This document shows, one piece after another, positions 1-8,127 of a stretch of DNA of 64,000 nucleotides (positions are counted from its first letter, which is position 1; each line of letters opens with the position of its first letter). Below the pieces are notes generated by a model, which saw nothing but the letters and a program-made list of their open reading frames with translations, ran no database searches and had not been told where the DNA came from. Made by a program: the position numbers and the translations under genes. Origin of the DNA: Chlorokybus atmophyticus (taxonomy: Eukaryota > Plantae > Mesostigma and Chlorokybus algae); the NCBI GenBank assembly GCA_009103225.1, contig RHPI01003369.1, forward strand, positions 1,454,017 through 1,518,016, given 5' to 3'.

Positions 1-699
1 GTACGAAAAGTGGCAGGGGAAGTAGTTGTGTACGTAGTACATAATGCTTTGGTTCGAGGGCCTCCGCAGGGTGAAAGTGCCTTGCCTACGCACTTGGACG
101 ACCTTTTAGTTAGTGCCGAAAATGGCTGGATTGAAGATGTTGGTGGTTTGCTTTATGCGATAGATTTAGTCTCCCATGTAAAACCACCATATATGGGGCA
201 CATTATGCCCATTGCAAATGTTTTCTTACTACAAAACGCCGAGGCGCATATCATGCTACTGAGCCACTTTAAATTTGGAAAAGGCCATGGGGTTGGACTC
301 TTTAGCAACACAACGCGGGCCATCAGCACCTTCAGCATGTGCGTGCGTTCATCCGACATTACATTTTGCCGTGGGGTGGAAACAACTCTAGAGCAATTTA
401 ACGGCGCCGCTTTATGTGCCAATCAATACAAAAAATACGCGGGCGGCGTTTAGCCGCCAAGTTTAAAATACCCGACGCGCGATTCACGCCATATTTCATG
501 AAAATGCCCCTTCCCCGATTTGAGTGGATTTTGCACCACGTTACCACAACTCTGATAATGCGCGGTGTCAAACGCCCTTAACATCGGGGCAAGGGCATTT
601 GTTGGCGGCAAAAGGTCACTGACTTGGCCGCGTTAGCGGCAAACCATTTGAATCGCTAGCTGCCATAGGCCAGCTCCCCTCAGCCAATCGCTGTATTTG

Positions 700-1330
700 G
701 TTGAAACCCCTGTGTGGCAGCGCTCTATTCGTTGCTGTTTAGCTTTACCTCAAAAGTCGTCACGAAGGTCTTATTGTGCAAATAATTGGGACTCTCTTGT
801 TTCCTTAACATGACAAAATGCAACGCGATGATGTTCGTTAAACACTCTATAGCATGACGGGCAAGGAACGGGAGCAGCGGCTCTCTCGCAAACATAAGGA
901 AGTACAAAGAGCTTGAGCGCAGGGTTGCTTGCGGAGTGCACCAGTACCCCAGCGCAAGCTAGGGCAGGTATTCATTCTCCTTGCTTGAGGATGGGTCACT
1001 TAGTGCCACCGCAAGGCTTTTGTAGTAGTTTGCACCATGCGCTCAGCGAGGACACTAGCTTGAGGGTGATCACACCTGATGTATCGTTGATTGATGAGCG
1101 CGCGGTTGAGCAAGACATTCAGCTCATTTAGAAATTCCATGCCTTGGTTGGTAAGGAGTTCTTGTAGGCGCCGTTTGTGCTGAGGATGTGGTCCATTAAT
1201 CATCCTGGAGGAGGACTTGCTTAACAGAGGCATCAGCTCAACCCATTTGCTTAAGTGCTCAATGGCGATGAGGACGTAGGTGTTGCCATGACACGTTGCG
1301 GGCTTTGCTGCTAAGTCCATGCTTAAGCGG
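700..1330 (-). mobile_element. Degenerate Ty3/gypsy integrase core fragment
   Basis: ORF 1000..1320 reads DLAAKP..GNTYVLIAIEHLSKWVELMPL...LTNQGMEF...HPQASVLAERMVQT; downstream frames read EYLP*LALGYWCTPQATL..SLYFLMFAREPLLP. Typical rve core motifs with stops and frameshifts. Confidence 0.85.
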
Positions 1331-1627
1331 TAACCGAGGCGCTTGATGGGAAGGGGCTGTAGCTAAGGGTGTTGCAATTTCAAGACTTGCATTGCCTCAG
1401 CACCTTAGCGACATTACATGCAAGTCCAACCCATAGTTATTGCAAACCATGTTTTTTTTATTTTTTTTAGGGGGGGGGGGGGGCATACTGAATTCATTAA
1501 GCAAAGTAGAGAGTGTGAGAGCTATCCACTGCCAGAGACTAAAGGGCTGCGTTGAAACGCTTTCCACACTCTACCCCATGGCAAATTCGGACAAAGCAAA
1601 TGCCAGCATCGCTAAGCCGCAAGCTTG

Positions 1628-2400
1628 TTAAGGAAGCGACGACTTAAGACGTGATAGCCCACTCGCGAAGTGTAATCCCACCAAGCCAATAGACGTGTGC
1701 TTGGCGGGGAGAGTTCCCCCCCCACTGAGTAGCAGCTGGGTTTGGGTGCAGATCAGATAGAGGAGCGCTACTAACAAGCATTCGACAGTATACCTGTCAT
1801 GCACCGGCAGCGAGCTCCATGCCGAGGTGTGCGGCGCTGGCGCTTGATGCCAACGAGCTGGAGGAGGTAGGACCCACACCCGCACAGGGGAAAAGAGAGA
1901 AGTATCATGCCAGTCTATTGGGGAGGAGAGAGTATCTGCTTCCGTGCCGTTCACATTATCGAAGACTCAGGAGCATAAGGTCTCCGACACGGACGTGACG
2001 CGCAGCGCGCCTGTCACAAGCCCTGACGCAGAAACAGGCGCCCACCATTCCTTCGGCAAGGGGCACCCTGGGCCAGCAGTTCCAGCCAGTACGCCGGGAT
2101 AGCACCCATAAGCAACGCAGAAGCTCCGCCGTTTTGGCTGCGACCGAATTGATGAGTTGGGAAGCCGTGTACGAACGGCGGTGAAGGCTGTCCCAAAGGT
2201 CTTGCACCCATTGGAAACCTGAAGCTGCCCAGGGAAGGAAGCACGCATGATACTTGCCCATCCCGAGCACTTTGCCATATGGGCCGATCATGAGCCCATC
2301 TTAAAGAGTGCTTAAGGACTTCATTGTAGTTGGTGGGAGGCAGAAGTTCTCGTGGGTGGACTTAATAAGCTATAGAGAAGGAAGCGCCGGTGGGGTGCTA
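1628..2400 (-). mobile_element. Degenerate DIRS/Ngaro-like pol fragment: RNase H followed by a putative N6-adenine methyltransferase-like domain
   Basis: ORF 1956..2291 resembles YR-retroelement RNase H (..W..Q.RS.TASQLIN...LLRCL...RV...A.HV..DL.LLS.R). ORF 1628..1954 reads GTEADTLSSPIDW...VWVLPP...APHTSAWSSL, like the DAF..DW..W.NPP..VP.W motif of DIRS MT domains. Confidence 0.5.
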
Positions 2401-2829
2401 CTTCTACATGCACGACCAGGCCCACTGCTTGTCATGTGGTCCGCAAGCAATTCTGTATATCCGAATGCCGTGGGTCTGGGGCCCACTGCCCGAGCTAAGC
2501 GAAACCCTAGGTTTTAGAGGCCCAAGTGGGGTCACCAAGGCGCGATGCCCACATAGCCAGTAGCGCCTGGGCTTGCGTCGCTGGGTCCAAAATGCCAAGT
2601 CCTCCTTCTTCGCGCGATAGACATGACACTTTTCAGCAAACTCGGCCCCTAACAGCTGGTTCTGCGCCATCGCATGAGGAGTGCCATAGTAATGTCGTGC
2701 ACGTCGTGTGTAAAGACCTCATATGGCAGCTGAGGGGTACGCCATGGCAGCTATGTATCACAAGCATGCGAGCACTAACTGCGATGCGACTAAGGACTTC
2801 CCAAGAAGAGAGAGATAGTGCTTTTATTA

Positions 2830-3041
2830 TAAAGAAAGACGGCCCATCTGCAGCGTGCTGTTGGTGATAGGCGCCATGTCCCAATAAAGTTGGTGACCAT
2901 CATTTGTGGCAAGCTACAATCTATGTTTTTAATGTTAGGGCCTGCAATCAAACTTATGACTTGGCATACACGCCGCTCGATTGAGACGCGCCGCTCCTGG
3001 AATTTACACATGGTGCTGCGCAAGGCGGAGATTGATGAGTT
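2830..3041 (+). mobile_element. DIRS-like reverse transcriptase C-terminal fragment
   Basis: Reads LQRAVGDRRHVPIKLVTIICGKLQSMFLMLGPAIKLMT...RRSW, homologous to 18117..18341 (VQRALSDKRHILVRLLARKYGKLHFMFVVLGPAVKLL). Truncated by the LTR at 3042. Confidence 0.7.
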
Positions 3042-3439
3042 TGTTGAGAACTAGTGATGCGCCTAGTGTGTGTGTATTTGCCTCCTACATACAAGTGTGC
3101 ACACACTAAGGACAAGTGCAGCAAGCACGCCAACTAAAGAGACAATGTGCGACCCACTGTATTAAGCAGTACACAGTGTCTTAAATACTATGCTACTAAG
3201 CACTAGTCAACTCTAGTCAACTCTGGTCAAAGTCAACACTAGTCAACACTAGTAAATGGTCAAAGTCAACGGTCAAAGTCAAAGTTGACCATGGTTGACC
3301 ATAACTGCCATAACTCCCGTAACTCCCGTAACTCTCGTAACTCATGTAACTCCCGTAACTATAAAGGTTAAGCTGATCGTACCAACTACATGTAGGCGCC
3401 GCCTATACATATACTTTTAACAAGCTATAACATCTAACA
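3042..3439 (-). repeat. 3' LTR of copia copy A
   Basis: Direct repeat of 4991-5388, preceded on the minus strand by a purine-rich tract. Confidence 0.95.
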
Positions 3440-4082
3440 CTCCCACGCGAGCAGCTTGACCTTGAACTCCAAGATCTTCTAGCAAGCTTACCCACATTAA
3501 CGTACTCCTTTGAACACTCCCACGGATGTGTTGCTCCCATGGAATTGATGCTTGTCTCCATGACACCATCTTTCTCCTCATGCTGTAAGACTACAAGGTT
3601 CCAATACTCCTTGTTTCCTCCTCATAGTTGTCGCATCAGGTTCCACAACGCCACGCCTGACCTTGCTTTGGTGGTTTCGAAGACTCCCTCAATGGCGAAC
3701 TACGCTATAAAGTACACTGAGTTCTCTACCTTAGCAATGCTGTACCAAAGTGTAGGCCGTGCAAGGGTTGATCAAACCCTTCTACCAAGGAAGCACCCCT
3801 CCCATCTTCTGTTAGCTAGCTATACAACTCAGTCCTTGCATGCTAATCAAGTGAAGTGTTCTAACTAGTACCGCACACCTGTGTGCTACCAGAAAACAAC
3901 TCCACAGCAATGCAACCTCTAGTGTATGCAGCTCAACACCAGCAACTACTTATAGGCTAGCAGTAACTCTCGCAGACCTTTGTGTCTGCGACCTCCGTTT
4001 ACGCATGTCCTTCACGCGCCCTTGCAGTGGGAGAGGACGGACGAACACCATCCACTGCAACTCCTTGAGGTCCTCACCAATG

Positions 4083-4868
4083 CTAGAAAGCAATTGCCAT
4101 CGTGGCGTGCTCCTCCTTGGTTGCCTCATCGTGGATCCTCTTCTGGCACTCGCGAATGAAGTGGCCCTTCATCTTGCAGTAGTGACACTCTTTGTCACGT
4201 GATGGCTTCCCACCACCCGCTTTGCTCCTATTTCGTGTGTGTTGAGAAGATGAGGCAGAAAGTGCAATAGGTTCTCCACCATTCTCTATCTCCTGAACAT
4301 CCAACTTGCCTTCCACAGCTAGCAGCTTAGGCACTACATCAGCAAACTTCAAAACCACATCTGAGGACTCCAACACAGTCACTAGCGTAGCAAAGCTCTT
4401 TCCTAAGCCAGCTAAGACTGCCCACATCACCTCCTCTTCCTTCACATCGTGGCCCACTGCTGCAAGGTCTTGCCAAAGCTCCCTTGCACGCGAGATGTAC
4501 TTCTGGATTGGCTCTTTGTGCTCCATCTTCAGAAGTGTCAGCTTGCGTCTCAGCTGCAACTTGCGCGAGTTGCTGTTGGCCTTGAAGAGGGTGTCGAAGA
4601 CCTCCCACGCCTCACGTCCAGTCTTGCAATCCGCAATATGAGGGAGATGGAAGTCGCTGACGTGCAAGCCTATCAGCGCAAAAGCTGATTGTGAATTCTC
4701 TGTCCAGGTACCAGTGTCACCTATTCTTGGTCGCAATAATGTGGAGGAGGTGGGATCGACAAAACTCCAAAGCTTCTTGCGGATCAGCACCAACTTCATC
4801 TTTAGCGACCATGAAGCGTAGTTGTGCAGATCAAGGGACTCGATGGGCATCCTATCCGTGTCAGCCAT
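4083..4868 (-). CDS. gag: Copia-type Gag (UBN2/Retrotran_gag-like) with CCHC zinc knuckle, 261 aa
   Basis: LDLHNYASWSLKMKLVL..KKLW; GREAWEVF..LF...SNSRKLQLRRKL; YISRARELWQDLAAVG; knuckle CHYCKMKGHFIREC. Confidence 0.9.
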   Translation of the reverse strand: MADTDRMPIESLDLHNYASWSLKMKLVLIRKKLWSFVDPTSSTLLRPRIGDTGTWTENSQSAFALIGLHVSDFHLPHIADCKTGREAWEVFDTLFKANSNSRKLQLRRKLTLLKMEHKEPIQKYISRARELWQDLAAVGHDVKEEEVMWAVLAGLGKSFATLVTVLESSDVVLKFADVVPKLLAVEGKLDVQEIENGGEPIALSASSSQHTRNRSKAGGGKPSRDKECHYCKMKGHFIRECQKRIHDEATKEEHATMAIAF

Positions 4869-4976
4869 TGCTTGCTACACAATAGTACAACTCACCCTCT
4901 CCCCAAGAACACTCTACTAGTAGGCGCCTATGCTCAACACTTTCTCTCACTAGCATAAGCAATCACACAAGCGAGT

Positions 4977-4990
4977 GTGGGCCCATAACC
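4977..4990 (-). promoter_or_regulatory. Primer binding site complementary to the anticodon stem-loop of initiator tRNA-Met (half-tRNA priming)
   Basis: GGTTATGGGCCCAC directly follows the 5' LTR. The plus strand reads GTGGGCCCATAACC, which matches the anticodon arm of plant tRNAiMet. Confidence 0.85.
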
Positions 4991-5388
4991 TGTTGAGAAC
5001 TAGTAATGCGCCTAGTGTGTGTGTGTTTGCCTCCTACATACAAGTGTGCACACACTAAGGACAAGTGCAGCAAGCACGCCAACTAAAGAGACAATGTGCG
5101 ACCCACTGTATTAAGCAGTACACAGTGTCTTAAATACTATGCTACTAAGCACTAGTCAACTCTAGTCAACTCTGGTCAAAGTCAACACTAGTCAACACTA
5201 GTCAATGGTCAAAGTCAACGGTGAAAGTCAAAGTTGACCATGGTTGACCATAACTGCCGTAACTCCCGTAACTCCCGTAACTCTCGTAACTCATGTAACT
5301 CTCGTAACTATAAAGGTTAAGCTGATCGTACCAACTACATGTAGGCGCCGCCTATACATGTACTTTCTACAACCTATAACATTTACCA
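4991..5388 (-). repeat. 5' LTR of copia copy A
   Basis: Direct repeat of 3042-3439, followed on the minus strand by the PBS. Confidence 0.95.
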
Positions 5389-5413
5389 CGCGCTCAAATT
5401 GTTTGTATCCATG

Positions 5414-5690
5414 TATCGACCCATAGCGACCCCGCAGCATGAGCTGTGTGTCGCATATAACTCGTGTGAAAGTTATATGAGTTCATGAAGCGCATGAAAT
5501 GCGCGCTTCTAAACTCAAAAAAACTCGTTAATGAGTTATGAGACTCTTGTGCCCTTACTGCCCTAGGCACTTGGGGGCACAAGCACCCATTAGAGTGAGT
5601 TATGAGTCACAAGCTCCTTGTCTAGTCGCTTGAAACCCTAGCACGGCGGCGCCATTCTTGGCATGGGTGGCGAGTGTGGTTTACTTTGCA
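5414..5690 (+). mobile_element. DIRS/PAT-like terminal sequences joined right-end-to-left-end
   Basis: 5414-5474 matches the right end seen at 26606-26666. 5474-5690 matches the left end seen at 24797-25000 and (reverse) 17030-17194. Confidence 0.8.
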
Positions 5691-5891
5691 GGTGTATCGG
5701 CTTCTCAGGCTTCGACTTCTGCGTCAGCAGCCATGGCGCCATCGACAAGTTGAAGACCAAAGAAGCGCGTGACTTTCGCACCTGACGTGAAGAAGTAGTT
5801 CCCATAGTTGTAGCCTAGCGCCCTAGTGCGGACTTGTGTATAGATCAACTTGTATCTATACACTTGTATATTTGTATTGTAATGCACTTAT

Positions 5892-5933
5892 AATACAATA
5901 CAATACAAATGTATTGTATTGTATTGTATTGTA
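5892..5933. repeat. Inverted pentanucleotide microsatellite (AATAC)n-(GTATT)n hairpin
   Basis: aatacaatacaataca (5892-5907) is the exact reverse complement of tgtattgtattgtatt (5910-5925). Confidence 0.9.
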
Positions 5934-5974
5934 ACGTAGCCACCGTGCTATCGACCCATAGCGACCCCCCAGCA

Positions 5975-6520
5975 TGATGGCATGATTACTCTCAGGCTAT
6001 GTTTACAGCATGATTGTATGAGAGTTCAACTGCTTATGCGGGTGCATTATTGAAGTGGTTCGCTCATGCAGTTAGGCCTTGAGCTTCAAGCTGATGATGA
6101 TGAACTGTACAAGGCATTGATAAGCAGCTTGCGCAGAGCTAATAAGTGTGCATATGCATGCATAAGCATGCATGCCATTAGTCACTTTATGTGACAAGGT
6201 ATTCGTGGCGTTTTAAAGGTCATGTGTGGCTTGTGTTGCCAAGAGAATTGTATGTGTAAGCACAAGATGGGCGAATAGGCTTTTTAGCTCTCTTATGGCC
6301 AAGTGGAAAGGCAACAACGAGATATGTACAAGGCTAGACCAGCATGGTGTTGGGGGTTCAATTGCACTCAGCCTGGTGTTTGGGGTGCTTGGCTTAATTG
6401 TTTACGGGCTTTGCTTACCCTCACAGGTGGGACTTTTGCAGTGGTTCACATAGAGTTTTGGTCATGCACCTTGGAGTTAACACCTGTGTTGAAAAAAAGG
6501 CGCTTACCATAGGGTTTAAA
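5975..6520 (+). repeat. Unclassified dispersed repeat, diverged copy at ~29470-30090
   Basis: Shared blocks such as gagttcaact..aagtggttcgctcat.cagtta..ccttgagct, ttatggccaagtgg.aaggc, cagcatggtgttgggg.ttcaattg and ggtgcttggcttaa. Confidence 0.7.
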
Positions 6521-8127
6521 GGTGATTTTACCTAGTGGTTGGCGTTTGCACTAACGGAGAGGTGCCTGGCTAGGGGTTTTGGTTGTTTACCTCGTGGTTG
6601 GCGCCTGTGGTAAAGAAGAGGCGCCTCCCACTTTTGTACCCGCGTGTGGTGTTGTTACTAATCTTCTGCTATTAAATCAGTAAGTTGATGTAGACAACCC
6701 CTATTTAACTGATTTTGCCCTTGTGTACCGTTGAGTGCGCATGCATGTGTATGTGCATGCTGTAGCCTTACACACTAGTAATGTACGCGTAAGCCTCTTA
6801 GCGTATGTCAAAGATGTGCATGGCCTGTGCGCATGCATAATAGCCTTGCACTTGAGTGCATGTGTGGTTGCATCCCGCTAGCCACTCCACAAGATACCGG
6901 GTTGTAACGGTGCTCGTGCCTTGTCGCCCGTAAGTTGGTCCAATCAACACCCCTCTCAGCAAGACACGGTATTCACACATGCCCCCTCTCAAGCTCACAT
7001 GTGCGTCCCGCCACTCGCATACGCACGCGCATGCGCTCGATGCTACACACCGACTTGTGTAGCGCCTTGCATGGTGACACAAGCAAGCACACACCAGTGG
7101 ACACACGCTAGCAACTTTTGCTAACCACCACTAAGCTTGCACACAAGACATTAGGGAGCTAAAGGTTGTTTTGCACATCGTAAGATGTCGTATGTTTACC
7201 TACAAGTCTGCACATGCTACTGTAGACGAATCCCGTGCTGCATAAAACTAAATGCTAAGATGCATAACCTTGTAGTATAATTTAAGACCTTTCTTACGCA
7301 CCAAGATCTCCGTGTTGGGTGCTCATATAGTCAAGTTATACTACTTGGCGCCAGGCCCTTTCAAAAATGTGGTTAAGCTCTTCTCGACTGGCCCTCCGTT
7401 TTCTGGCACCTGTCATACTGTTTTCGGGGCTTCGGTCGATGTCCGCGGCAGACTTAACTCGCCGATATTTGCCACAAGTCATGAAAAACGTGGTGCTCAA
7501 TAAATGGGTCAAAAAAGGTCTTAAACGCATGAAACTTGGCCTCGACTGTGACATAATGCATGCTCACACATGTGTGAGCCATTACTAGCAAAATCACAAG
7601 TTTAGATGGCTACAGATATGGAGTGGCTCAACCACCCTATTTATGGCTTGTTTCCAACAACGATGCTACAGGGCTACTGCATTCATGCACTGACTTGCAC
7701 TAAGTGGTTTACATCACATTGAGGTGGTGGTTGTGACAATAGGCTGCCTTTTCGTCCTAACCTTTGGCATGGGCAACAACCATTTTGACCATGTCACCTT
7801 TGCACACCATGCTTGGTGTCCCATCACGTCTTGTTAAACATGCGCACACATGTCAACTTAAGCAAGAGTAATGCCAAATGCATATTGCATTGGCGACGAT
7901 CTCGACAACCTTGATATGTCCACCATTATGATCTGTGCAGCTCAAGGCGGCCTCGAGACCATTAAGGGCGAGGCACGTCAATGCCTCCAATTTGCAAAAG
8001 GCTGGTTTGCGAGGGCCAAGCTAAGTGGGAGATGTTGAGAACTGGTGATGCGCGTAGTGTGCGTGTATGCGCCTCTCTTACACAAGTGTGCACACACTAA
8101 GGACAACTGCAGCAAGCACGCCAGCTA

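Larger units (their letters stand above)
3042..5388 (-). mobile_element. Gag-only (non-autonomous, TR-GAG-like) Ty1/copia LTR element, copy A, complete
   Basis: Two 398-bp LTRs (3042-3439, 4991-5388; TG...CA; about 12 mismatches by eye), PBS at 4977-4990, PPT-like GCTCGCGTGGGAG next to the 3' LTR, intact gag, and no recognisable PR/IN/RT in the ~640 bp between gag and the 3' LTR. No TSD (gagtt vs cgcgc). Confidence 0.9.

Noticed and set aside
10-453. Antisense frame that reads open if TAA/TAG were Gln (non-standard code as in some ulvophytes)
   Set aside because: RPS27A ends in TAG at the expected position and TE stops fit TGG-to-TAG decay, so the standard code is favoured. Neither strand of this region gives a recognisable protein.
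1340-1627. Search for a tyrosine recombinase ORF for the DIRS-like elements, here and elsewhere in the window
   Set aside because: No R...H-x-x-R...Y motifs could be recognised. The YR assignment rests on RT/gag type and end structure only.
3205-3361. Short tandem repeats as a possible CRISPR-like array
   Set aside because: Units are 5-11 bp with no unique spacers and lie inside LTRs of a eukaryotic element.
4306-4641. Long antisense ORFs (also 12613-13191, 45892-46443)
   Set aside because: They are shadows of codon usage on the opposite, real coding strand.
6870-6890. TGGAGTGGCTAGCGGGAT (minus), resembling a tRNA-His PBS and sharing TGGAGTGGC with 22611-22619
   Set aside because: It lies about 13 nt from the nearest plausible LTR end, has a discriminator mismatch with plant tRNA-His, and no LTR pair supports it.
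7312-7503. ORF faintly resembling a SEC14/CRAL-TRIO segment
   Set aside because: Too short and weak; no flanking exons.
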